Source of the DNA: Thermotogota bacterium
GTDB lineage: Bacteria; Hydrothermota; Hydrothermia; LBFQ01
Direction of reading: 5' to 3'
DNA length: 64,000 nucleotides
NCBI GenBank assembly: GCA_013153965.1
Contig: JAADDJ010000010.1
Span: forward strand, 17,443 to 81,442
Shown here: in pieces, positions 9,901 through 17,757 of the stretch
Position numbering within the stretch: position 1 is the first letter of the stretch
Layout: every line of letters begins with the position of its first letter
Notes under the pieces: model-generated
Databases searched by the model: none
Told to the model about the DNA's origin: nothing
Seen by the model: the letters and a program-made list of their open reading frames with translations, nothing else
Program-made: the position numbers and the translations under genes

Positions 9901-12490
9901 CACCCTCTTCATATACCGGCTGGGGATAGGTGGAAGCCCTTGGATAAACGAGGGAGTCAAGGGGGATACCACGGATACGACCCAGTATCTGGCCATAAAC
10001 TTCGTCAGCAAGAAGACCACACCGGGATACGAGTACCCGCCGGGCGTTCAGGATAAACTCACATACGAGGGCATATCCATGGCCCTTCAGGACGAGGGAG
10101 CCATGTCCCTGCTCTACTCCGTCAATCCCGGGGCCTACGCTCTGGCCCGCAAGAACGTCGGTACCAAGTACAACTTCATAAACTACCGGAGCATATCCCT
10201 GTGGGTACAGGACAGGTCCGGCAGCTCTCCCACCATAGTTGTGAGATTCGGGAAGGATTCGCTCAACTTCTACGAGTACAGGCAGAGGATAACGGGCGAA
10301 GGTTGGCAGGCGGTCAAATTCTTCTTGGACAGTTTAGTCCTCTTCAAGGGGGACGAAACGTCGCCGGATTACAGGAGCAACGGGAGGTACGGTGTCAGGG
10401 GGAATCCGAGCATATTTGAGGTTGAATTCTTCTGGGTAGGTGTCGCCAACGACTCCTCCGAGCGGATAAGCGGGGAGCTCTGGGTGAATGAGCTTCGCCT
10501 GACGGACCCCGTTAAGACATCCGCCTACGCCGGGAACGTCTCCATGAGGTTCAACATATCCGACCTGTTTCAGCTTACGGGCAACGGTACGTTTGAGCAG
10601 ATGAACTTCGCCAGGTCGGCCACGAATCTTAGCCAGTACCAGACCCTCCGCTTCAATCTGAACACCACCTTCAACATCCACAGGCTGTTCCCCTCCTCTT
10701 GGGGCCTAAGCATTCCCTTCAACTTTAGCCACAACCTGAGCCAGAGGGTTCCCAAATTCAAGCCCGGTCTGGACGTTCCCATAACCTCGCCGGAGGAGAG
10801 ACGGTCCCTCACGGCCTTCTCCCGCTCAACCGCCTACGGCATATCCTTCTCCAAGAGGGGCTCAACCGGATGGCTGGGTAAGTGGTTCTTGGACCCGTGG
10901 AAACTCTCCCACAGCATGAGATACGACCTATCCAACATACCCGGTCAGAGCTACGACTCCACCGTGTCCCAGAATTACGGCATCCGGTACTCCTACAGGC
11001 CCACGGGCGAGTTCATGTTGGGCAATCGCCGGTACCGCTACCTTCCCACCTCCTACTCAATCTCCTACAACTACAGCCTGACCACCTCCTTCTCCAGAAC
11101 CATGGGTGCCATAACGCGCAGGACGGACAAGTACGGCAACCTCTCCGCCAGCATAAACTACGATCCCATCCCCGGCATATTCGGATTCGGGTACAGCATA
11201 TCCCGAAAGGGGGACTATCGCTACGACGAGCTCTTGAAGAGCTACGCGGACTCCCTTCTCGGGTTTGAGAGCCAATTCAGGGAGAACTTCAACTCCTCCC
11301 TGAACTTGAGGCGCCTGTGGATATTCTCCCCGTCCCTTACGTACCGACACGGGTACGCCGAGGACCGAAAACCCGAGAACGCCCTCACGGGCTTTGACGT
11401 CAGGGATATAAACGAGGACCTCAGTGTGGGCTTCACCCTGAACGTGGAGCAGGGGAGGCTGCTGTCGCAGATAGGGAAATTGAGGGATGAGAGTAAGGAT
11501 ACATCCCTATCCACGGCTGGGGCACTCCACACCTTCCTCTACGGCTTGGACAAGCTGGCCAACATATGGAGGAATACCCGCTTCTCCTACAGCTTCTCCC
11601 GCACATCCAGCTTCTACGCCGCCATGGGAAGGGCCAGTTGGGCCTACCGCTTCGGTTTGGCCCTTGATCCCGGCGTGATAATAACCGACACCCAACGCTC
11701 CAACTGGAGGGAGACCCACTCCTACGACCTATCCACGGACCTGAACATCTCCGCGCGCCTGCGACTCTCTCCGAGATTCAACTACAGCCGGGACCTCACG
11801 GATAACCAGACCCAGCGGATACTTCGGGAGACTTGGAGATTCCCGGACTTCGTCCTGAGCGGACGACCGATACCCATCATCTCCCGCTGGAAGTTCATCT
11901 CATCGTCGGACTTCACCTTCAACTATTCGGACGAGAGGAGCACCACATCCTATCCCCTCTGGGTTCCCACGGGTACGGACACCGTGAGACCGAGGACAAC
12001 GCGCTTCACGAGGACCATAAACCTGTCTCCGAATTTCACCCTCAAGAACGGTACGGGTCTGAACCTCTCCTACACATACACCAACTCCCGAACTCACGAG
12101 ATATACTCCTCCATGAACATAGAGCGAATATCCGTTCAGAACACCTACGAGATAGGTCTGAGCCACACCTTTAGCGGATTCTCCGGCATCCGATTGCCGT
12201 GGAAGAAGGATAGGCTCCTCTCCCTAAAGAACCGTCTGACCCTCTCGGCCAAGTACTCCGCGAGCAGCGGCACGGACATAACCATAAACCACACCCTCGC
12301 GGACTTCGGGAACAGCGTGGATACCCTCTCAAGGCGGAAGAACAACAACCTGACGGTGAGTGCCACCTACCAGTTCAGCAACGCCGTGGATGCGACCTTC
12401 AGCTACATATACAACTTGAGCGGCGACTACGAGGGGGGAATATTCACCCGCAAGAATCAGTTGAGGGCGGACATCCGCATAAGGTTCTGA
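6941..12490 (+). CDS. sprA: SprA/Sov-like large outer-membrane beta-barrel (T9SS translocon homologue)
   Basis: 1849 aa; Y.G.DDDIVQSLQAGD, GLKG.F.LG, EGKDYRVDY, GEAYIDDFD, TEDLN, GELWVNELRL; amphipathic beta-rich C-terminal third ending in F. Confidence 0.8.
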   Translation: MLWVLLNYEDYFTRRLMEETFSYGYTYDSNNVYGLYNYYGTEDTVKVFSIDEFFGLNLMSYLRKTTVKAYDTSATEALSGLVPDIEVPVQIPKRWRFLGEGVSKITLRGEQTISIGGSKEDLLSPEGQNLNSQYQVSNIPSINMKQTLNVVITGQITDRLKVEVRHNSEALQTDQDRILLAYTGTDDDIVQSLQAGDIDVSDFPSTTYSSLGAGAGLLGLKGRFALGPAKIVAVATKERGQSQTKIFRAQSQVITDTLWGSDYIRETFFMLPIAPFIPPGEDPNDYRIENLLLFYKPLVPTGNTFVYGKAYHLMDTLGLITDDTTRCFASGRFVQMDPSSYRFYTGSVVQITDPPNASLWWLGAVYRLVKSDGSDTINVGYIPPAPDSTDPIRMLLIKLDKMRSSDTSLTCALNINLLELKNIYSLPYQLDTSVKDLTFNIYRDNPTTNDSLAQDGIKFTTLLGVDPEGDGKINDIVPVIINGDTVNFRVLEIFPEGGGYLIFPKFWPFADTVLRDRDSIIYLMDREYWREYHREKYYMVFTFRKPQKFINLGGTLIDGSVEVFRNGQKLQEGKDYRVDYSNGIVHFLIPINETDEIRINYRSLGAPLAESRAILGLATTMDLSENFKVTLNYLSKSRASAYPRPQFGSEPNSYSVLDAGLTFNHTLDYLNRFLNSRTPLSLEKKSEFTLNGEVARSFPNPSTVGEAYIDDFDRFDDNLDNLIWEYRNWIHGSLPYLPDSVRADTAVLANRQSWYSDRMAVKGDILEITDEQERTDPVRVMRLIAEPRIEGVPNFMTIMMGYKEEQNYKEKEYVEVFARGHGIIIFDVGTNIPEDAYVRACDGNFYGLGQLNTEDLNLDNQFTETREDVGLDGVPGEDGTCNPGSGDWGNDDYTISDPANADPFLINRYEGNHHEDSEDLNGNFQLDMAENFYSYVIDLDTMTPISEKNGWKLFRIPLPKPTRVYGKPALDRIAYFRLTWYGFTRTDTLFIYRLGIGGSPWINEGVKGDTTDTTQYLAINFVSKKTTPGYEYPPGVQDKLTYEGISMALQDEGAMSLLYSVNPGAYALARKNVGTKYNFINYRSISLWVQDRSGSSPTIVVRFGKDSLNFYEYRQRITGEGWQAVKFFLDSLVLFKGDETSPDYRSNGRYGVRGNPSIFEVEFFWVGVANDSSERISGELWVNELRLTDPVKTSAYAGNVSMRFNISDLFQLTGNGTFEQMNFARSATNLSQYQTLRFNLNTTFNIHRLFPSSWGLSIPFNFSHNLSQRVPKFKPGLDVPITSPEERRSLTAFSRSTAYGISFSKRGSTGWLGKWFLDPWKLSHSMRYDLSNIPGQSYDSTVSQNYGIRYSYRPTGEFMLGNRRYRYLPTSYSISYNYSLTTSFSRTMGAITRRTDKYGNLSASINYDPIPGIFGFGYSISRKGDYRYDELLKSYADSLLGFESQFRENFNSSLNLRRLWIFSPSLTYRHGYAEDRKPENALTGFDVRDINEDLSVGFTLNVEQGRLLSQIGKLRDESKDTSLSTAGALHTFLYGLDKLANIWRNTRFSYSFSRTSSFYAAMGRASWAYRFGLALDPGVIITDTQRSNWRETHSYDLSTDLNISARLRLSPRFNYSRDLTDNQTQRILRETWRFPDFVLSGRPIPIISRWKFISSSDFTFNYSDERSTTSYPLWVPTGTDTVRPRTTRFTRTINLSPNFTLKNGTGLNLSYTYTNSRTHEIYSSMNIERISVQNTYEIGLSHTFSGFSGIRLPWKKDRLLSLKNRLTLSAKYSASSGTDITINHTLADFGNSVDTLSRRKNNNLTVSATYQFSNAVDATFSYIYNLSGDYEGGIFTRKNQLRADIRIRF

Positions 12491-13351
12491 CTATCGCAGG
12501 ATCTCAGGTTTGACCCTATAGACCCTTCCCTGACCCTCCGCATCAACGACGACGAATCGGAAGCCCGCCTCCTCCCAATCCCCATCCATGATCCAGTGGA
12601 AGAGGGGCGTACCCTCGTATATGACGTTCTTCCGTACGTCGTACAGTCTCGGAATCTTATCCTTCCCCCCATAGATGACGAAGCGCCCATCCGGGGAGGC
12701 GGAGACGAATTCAACCCCGTAAGTTCCGTGGGAGATCATCCCCATCTCCCTCCAGCCGTCGGTTGAGTATATGTATATGCCGTCATCCGTGGCCACCAGA
12801 AGCCTCCTGCCATCCTTCGTCCAGTGGATATCCGCCACCGGGGAGTTGAACTTCAGGGTCCTGTAGGCTACCAGAGTGTCCAAGAACCAGACATCAACGA
12901 ATCCGTCGCACGTACCCGTAGCAAACCGCCTTCCGGAAGGGTCCAAGGCCACCGACGTTATGGGACATCCGCGCCGGTTGGGTACCTCCACGACGGTATC
13001 GGAGTGGGGCCTGAGAAGCAGAAGACCCTTATTCTGAACGGCCAAGATCCGTCCGTCGTTTAGCCACACCAGGTCGTTGGTCATGGACGTGTTGCGATAC
13101 ACGTAGAGCCTCCCGCCGGCTATGGAGTATATGCCCAGAGCGCTCCCACCGACGGCCAGACGGCTCCCCGATGGGGAGACCCTGACCACGTTCGGATGGA
13201 CCATCCCCAAGGGGAACTCCGCCTTCTTCTGCGCCCCCGTATCCGACCAGACGTATCCTCTCCCGCGCATATCCACCGTGGCTATGGCCCTAACGCCCCA
13301 ATCCACCGCCGAGAGAGGCGCCCCGTGGGAGAATACCCAGAGAAGCTCCAT
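12491..13351 (-). CDS. WD40-repeat beta-propeller protein
   Basis: Repeated SPSGSRLAVG / DPSGRRFATG..DG.V.VW / SPDGRFVIYGG.D...RLYD. Confidence 0.8.
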   Translation of the reverse strand: MELLWVFSHGAPLSAVDWGVRAIATVDMRGRGYVWSDTGAQKKAEFPLGMVHPNVVRVSPSGSRLAVGGSALGIYSIAGGRLYVYRNTSMTNDLVWLNDGRILAVQNKGLLLLRPHSDTVVEVPNRRGCPITSVALDPSGRRFATGTCDGFVDVWFLDTLVAYRTLKFNSPVADIHWTKDGRRLLVATDDGIYIYSTDGWREMGMISHGTYGVEFVSASPDGRFVIYGGKDKIPRLYDVRKNVIYEGTPLFHWIMDGDWEEAGFRFVVVDAEGQGRVYRVKPEILR

Positions 13352-14211
13352 CAGCGGGAGGGTTTCTCTATTATGCGATAGCGCGTTATGACGACGGGGA
13401 CGAGGCGAAGGTTCAGGACCCTGACCACCACGTTCTTGGCATCCGCGGCGTTATTCTTGAGGATGAAGGCGTACTCGCCCGCCGGCATATGGACCCGGAA
13501 GCATCCCACCTCAACGCCGGGAAACTCCTCCACGGCTCGGAAGGGGTATCCGGCCCGGGCATTCTCATACTCCGAGTAGGGGACGATGGCAAGGTCCATA
13601 TGACCGTACCGGAAGTACTTACACACCCTATCCCGATGGAAGGGATTCTCCAAGAAGAACTCGCCGTACTTGTACCGCAGGGAATCGTCAATCTTCAACG
13701 GGGCGAGGAATATCAGGGCGCCGGCCGTAGGTCCCTCCAACCGGAAGACGGGCTCCCTCCCGTAGGTGTGGGCGAAGAATATGTCGCTCTTCGGCGGTAG
13801 GAAGACCTCCCATCTTCCGATCTGAACGTAGGTCGTATCCCACAGGGTATCCTTGTAGGGAACCTTTACCCGCACGACCTTCAGGGTGGTGTTGAAGTTC
13901 TCCCAACCGGGCGCGGGTTTACGCAGGATTCGGACCCTCACCCGGGCCTTTGATAGGAGGGCCCTGAATCTGACCTCCAGAGTGTAGGGACGCACGGTGT
14001 CGCTGACGTGTATCCACGTGATGCTGTCGGTGTATATCTCGGAGAGGAAGGGGGGCTCACCGAACTCTCCGAAATACACGGCCTCAAGCTCCCTGTCGGA
14101 GACGACCGTTATCACCAGCGTATCGCCGGGAGCCGCGTAGAAGGGATACCTCCAAGAGGCGGTTCTCCAGAGGAGGGAAGTCAGGACGATGGAGGTATCA
14201 AGTACCGGCAA
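13351..14211 (-). CDS. Hypothetical beta-rich protein (start uncertain)
   Basis: Long ORF filling the gap, stop overlaps next start (TGATG); TTG 14211 is the in-frame start nearest the upstream stop. Confidence 0.55.
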   Translation of the reverse strand: MPVLDTSIVLTSLLWRTASWRYPFYAAPGDTLVITVVSDRELEAVYFGEFGEPPFLSEIYTDSITWIHVSDTVRPYTLEVRFRALLSKARVRVRILRKPAPGWENFNTTLKVVRVKVPYKDTLWDTTYVQIGRWEVFLPPKSDIFFAHTYGREPVFRLEGPTAGALIFLAPLKIDDSLRYKYGEFFLENPFHRDRVCKYFRYGHMDLAIVPYSEYENARAGYPFRAVEEFPGVEVGCFRVHMPAGEYAFILKNNAADAKNVVVRVLNLRLVPVVITRYRIIEKPSR

Positions 14212-14734
14212 GGTGATAGTAGTCCAACGGCTGATATATCGCGTGGGGTTTCGCCAGAGTACTTTTGAAGAGGACCACGCGCCTGACCTCAAACTCCAAA
14301 GGTCGCACGGAGAAGCTCTCAACATTCACGGGTCTTCTGGCCCTCGCAACGGTGATGTGGGCCTTGAAGGGTTTATCCCTCTCGGGAAGGGATGTGGCCG
14401 ATGAGAGCAGGGCGTCTATGCGGTCGCTCAACTTCCTTATGGCGGAGTCGTCCTGAAGCCCCACCCACACGACCCTCGCCCCGAACCTACTGGGGAATCC
14501 CCCCACCTTTCCGAGTTTGAGGACGAACCTCTCACCGAGGAACCTGCCCCGGAGGGCATCGTCAATCTCCCTGACCAGAGGCTCCTCCACCTCTCCGATG
14601 AATCTCAGGGTTATGTGGAGATTCTCGGGTGGGACCGTGCGCAGATGGGGGAGAGCCCACTTCAGACGCTTGCCCAACGCCGCCAACTCCCGCCTGACCT
14701 CATCCCCCACCTCAACGGCCAGAAAGACCCTCAT
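14198..14734 (-). CDS. thpR: RNA 2',3'-cyclic phosphodiesterase (2H family)
   Basis: MRVFLAV start, two HxT motifs (LHITLRF, AHITVAR). Confidence 0.92.
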   Translation of the reverse strand: MRVFLAVEVGDEVRRELAALGKRLKWALPHLRTVPPENLHITLRFIGEVEEPLVREIDDALRGRFLGERFVLKLGKVGGFPSRFGARVVWVGLQDDSAIRKLSDRIDALLSSATSLPERDKPFKAHITVARARRPVNVESFSVRPLEFEVRRVVLFKSTLAKPHAIYQPLDYYHLAGT

Positions 14735-14735
14735 C

Positions 14736-15170
14736 TCAATGCCCAAAGAATCTCGGGCTGAAGGCGAAGATGCTCCAAACTATGAATACCGCGCTCAAGA
14801 CCATCACCGCCCAGCTGAGGATCCTCTGCCTGTCTATGGAGTTCTTGTAAGGGTATATGGGCTTGGAGGGCCTTCCGATGAACATCCCCAGCTCGGTCAG
14901 TATGAGTCTCATACCGTTGAGCCCGTGGAAGCCCACGGCCACGACCAGAAGCCACTCCCCGATGGCGGATACGGGGCTATGGGCCACCCTCTCCATCGTG
15001 GCCTTCCACGCCTCGGGTCCGAAGACCCTCATGCTCGTGACGAGGATGTGCATGGGAAGATACACGACCAAAGCCAACCCCGTTATCCGGTGGAGGAGAA
15101 AAAGGTACGCTTCCAAATTGTACTTTCCGGCAAAAGCCCACTTAAGAATACCCTTCCTGCGGTTATACAT
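14736..15170 (-). CDS. sdhC: Succinate dehydrogenase/fumarate reductase cytochrome b subunit
   Basis: LHRITG, HGLNGMR haem-ligand motifs, three TM helices. Confidence 0.88.
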   Translation of the reverse strand: MYNRRKGILKWAFAGKYNLEAYLFLLHRITGLALVVYLPMHILVTSMRVFGPEAWKATMERVAHSPVSAIGEWLLVVAVGFHGLNGMRLILTELGMFIGRPSKPIYPYKNSIDRQRILSWAVMVLSAVFIVWSIFAFSPRFFGH

Positions 15171-15177
15171 AGAAGGT

Positions 15178-15183
15178 ATTATA
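15178..15183 (-). promoter_or_regulatory. -10 box TATAAT, 7 nt before sdhC ATG
   Basis: Minus strand TATAAT accttct ATG. Confidence 0.7.
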
Positions 15184-15225
15184 CCCCCGGACGTACGGGA
15201 CGAAAATCCCGTAAGTACGAAGTTC

Positions 15226-15684
15226 CTACATCACACCCCACTGCCGGAGGATGCTCAAAACCTCCTCCTTGACCTTCGGCAGAGCTGCTCTCACCTCCTC
15301 CGATAGACCGACGCGCGCGCCGAACTCCCCCGGCACCACCCCCACGAGCCTGATGTCCCTCGGTCCGCCGCCTCCCATCTCCAGCAGCGCCAGAAGGTCC
15401 GGCAGGGCCACATCGTGGGCGGATATCTTCGGCACTATGGCCCCGTTCAGCTCCTCCCGCCCGAGGGTGATGACCGTACCCGGGGGCCTCCTCAGCCTCA
15501 CCACGTCCAAGATGATCAGATGGGTGACCCCCTCAAGGAAGGGATAGAGGTAGAGGCCACGGGTCCCGCCGTCTATCAGGGCGACGTCCGGCGGAATCTC
15601 ACCCTCCAGATACCGAAGCGCATGCACCCCGAATCCCTCATCCCCCAAGAGTAGGTTGCCCAATCCCAGTATGGCCACCCTCAA
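15226..15684 (-). CDS. [NiFe]-hydrogenase maturation protease (HybD/HyaD family)
   Basis: GLGNLLLGDEGFG, IDGGT, SAHD; TTG start overlapping dnaX stop (15699 is an alternative start). Confidence 0.9.
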   Translation of the reverse strand: MRVAILGLGNLLLGDEGFGVHALRYLEGEIPPDVALIDGGTRGLYLYPFLEGVTHLIILDVVRLRRPPGTVITLGREELNGAIVPKISAHDVALPDLLALLEMGGGGPRDIRLVGVVPGEFGARVGLSEEVRAALPKVKEEVLSILRQWGVM

Positions 15685-17045
15685 TCCAAACTCTCCCAAT
15701 CCCTCTTGATCTCCCCGAAGAGGTCTCCGAAGCCTCCGCTCTTTCTGACCTGAACCTTCACCTCCCTGACGCCGAAGGCTCTCCTTATAGCCTCCACCTC
15801 CCGCTCTATCTTCCGGGCGATCACGGAGCTGCTAACGATGATGTGGAGGGTATCCCCCTCCCGGGTGTAGGTGGCATCCGCCACGTATCCGGCCACGGTG
15901 GGTTTCTCCCTCCTTAGCCTCTCAATGGGATCCTCATCCGCACGGGCGGGAGGCGGGGATTGGGCCTCCCCCACGCCGGCAGGTCGCGACCCCTTCGGCG
16001 GCTCCCCCAGATACCTGCTTATCTCGTCCAGATTCACGACCCGTTTGAAGGCGCACATCCGGGCCACGTCGTAGGTTAGCCAAGCGTAGGGGTCCGAGGA
16101 TTGGCGTATATGCACCTCCATATCCAGAGCCATACGCAGGAGTACCACCCTCTCCTCAAAGGGTAGGGTGGAGTCGGACAGTAGGTGCCGCTCCAGATAC
16201 CTCACGAGGCCGGAGGCGAAATCCACCGGGGAGAATCTCTCGGTTATCTCCATGACCTTCTCGTAGGCCTCCTTGAAGCTCCCGGCGAGGATGCTCTCCA
16301 TGAGCTGAGCGTAGAGGTTGTCGGGCACGACCCCCAACATCTCGGCCACATCCCTTTCGGTTATGGTCCCGTCGGAGTATATGTGGGCTTGCTCAAGGAG
16401 GACGAGGGCATCCCTCAGGCTCCCCTCGGAGCGCTCGGCTATCATACGCAAAGCCTCATCCGTTATGGATATACCCTCCTGCGAGCTCACGTACTTCAGC
16501 CTCTCCACTATGTCGGAGATGCTGTGGGGCTTCAGGTGGAACTTCTGCAGGCGCGAGAGGACGGTCGCCGGTATCTTGTGGGGGTCGGTCGTGGCCAGAA
16601 CGAATACCACGTGAGGCGGAGGCTCCTCCAACGTCTTGAGGAGGGAGTTGAAGGCCTCCGTCGTCAGCATATGGACCTCGTCAATGATATATACCTTGTA
16701 GCGGGAGACGGGCATGTACCTGAGCTGCTCCTGTATCTCCCGAACGTTCTCAATTCCCCTGTTGGAGGCGGCGTCTATCTCCACCACATCAACGCTCCTC
16801 CCCTCGTCAATCTCCCGGCAGAATCTGCATGTGCCGCAGGGTTTGGATGTGGGACCCAGCTCGCAGTTCAACCCCTTGGCGAATATCCTCGCGAGGGTCG
16901 TCTTGCCTATACCTCTGGGTCCGGCGAGGAGGAGGGCGTGGGGTATGTCCTTGCGCTCAAGGGCACGCATCAGGACGCGCTTTACGAACTTCTGGCCTAC
17001 GACCTCGTCAAACGTTTTAGGTCTGTACCTATTCGCAAGGCTCAT
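15681..17045 (-). CDS. dnaX: DNA polymerase III subunit gamma/tau
   Basis: YRPKTF, GPRGIGKT, Cys Zn motif, EIDAASNRG, IIDEVHML, LKTLEEPP. Confidence 0.95.
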   Translation of the reverse strand: MSLANRYRPKTFDEVVGQKFVKRVLMRALERKDIPHALLLAGPRGIGKTTLARIFAKGLNCELGPTSKPCGTCRFCREIDEGRSVDVVEIDAASNRGIENVREIQEQLRYMPVSRYKVYIIDEVHMLTTEAFNSLLKTLEEPPPHVVFVLATTDPHKIPATVLSRLQKFHLKPHSISDIVERLKYVSSQEGISITDEALRMIAERSEGSLRDALVLLEQAHIYSDGTITERDVAEMLGVVPDNLYAQLMESILAGSFKEAYEKVMEITERFSPVDFASGLVRYLERHLLSDSTLPFEERVVLLRMALDMEVHIRQSSDPYAWLTYDVARMCAFKRVVNLDEISRYLGEPPKGSRPAGVGEAQSPPPARADEDPIERLRREKPTVAGYVADATYTREGDTLHIIVSSSVIARKIEREVEAIRRAFGVREVKVQVRKSGGFGDLFGEIKRDWESLD

Positions 17046-17214
17046 CTTCGTTCAGAGGTTTTGCCTCCTCAACGAGGAGGATGGGTATATCGTCCTCTAT
17101 GCGGTATGCGAGTTTGCAGCGGTAGCATCTGAGCTCGTTCCTCTTCGGACAATAGACCAGCTCGCCCTTGCATTTGGGGCAGGCTATAACCTTCAGAAGC
17201 TCCTCACTCAACAT
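17029..17214 (-). CDS. Trm112/UPF0434 family protein
   Basis: LLKVIACPKCKGEL...C..C..AY.IEDDIPILL. Confidence 0.9.
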   Translation of the reverse strand: MLSEELLKVIACPKCKGELVYCPKRNELRCYRCKLAYRIEDDIPILLVEEAKPLNEDEPCE

Positions 17215-17732
17215 CCTCGCACCTCCCTAAGGTACATGAGCGTCCCAACCAACGTCTTCGCGTCCTTAAAGAGATTCTCCTTCAGGGCGCTCTCCATCTG
17301 CTCCAAGCTCATGGGAACGAGGGTAATGTCCTCATCCTCATCCCGGCTCTCGCCTACGAATTCAAGCTCCTCCGCCACGTACAGGTGCATGTACTCGGTT
17401 GAGTATCCGGGGGCGAGATAGAATTCGGCCAACTTCCTCCACCTGTTGGCCCGGTAGCCGGTCTCCTCCACCAACTCCCTCTGGGCCGCCCGGAGAGGCT
17501 CCTCACCCCTCTCCAAGGTCCCGGCCGGAAGCTCGTATATGTAATCTCCCACCGCGAATCTGTACTGCCTCTCGTATATGACGCGCCCATCGGGAAGCAC
17601 CGGGACTATGGCGACGGCTCCGGGATGCCTGACCATCTGCCGGACCTTCACCTTCCCGTTTATCTCATACTCCCTGACGACGAAGTCCATGAACTTCCCC
17701 CTATAGACCACCTCCTCCTTCAGGAGTTTCAT
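17208..17732 (-). CDS. NUDIX hydrolase (ADP-ribose pyrophosphatase-like)
   Basis: HPGAV, QYR, ELPAG...AAQRELVEETG Nudix box, DAKT. Confidence 0.92.
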   Translation of the reverse strand: MKLLKEEVVYRGKFMDFVVREYEINGKVKVRQMVRHPGAVAIVPVLPDGRVIYERQYRFAVGDYIYELPAGTLERGEEPLRAAQRELVEETGYRANRWRKLAEFYLAPGYSTEYMHLYVAEELEFVGESRDEDEDITLVPMSLEQMESALKENLFKDAKTLVGTLMYLREVRGC

Positions 17733-17757
17733 CGCCCTATTCTAAGGACGAAGCCCC

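Noticed and set aside
15681..17045. Programmed frameshift or slippage in dnaX
   Set aside because: No A AAA AAG or long A/T run seen; single uninterrupted ORF
16185..17132. Long antisense ORFs (e.g. 16185-17132, 8843-9682, 35859-36623, 43553-44317, 27934-28623)
   Set aside because: Shadow frames of well-supported genes, expected from high-GC codon bias; no motifs
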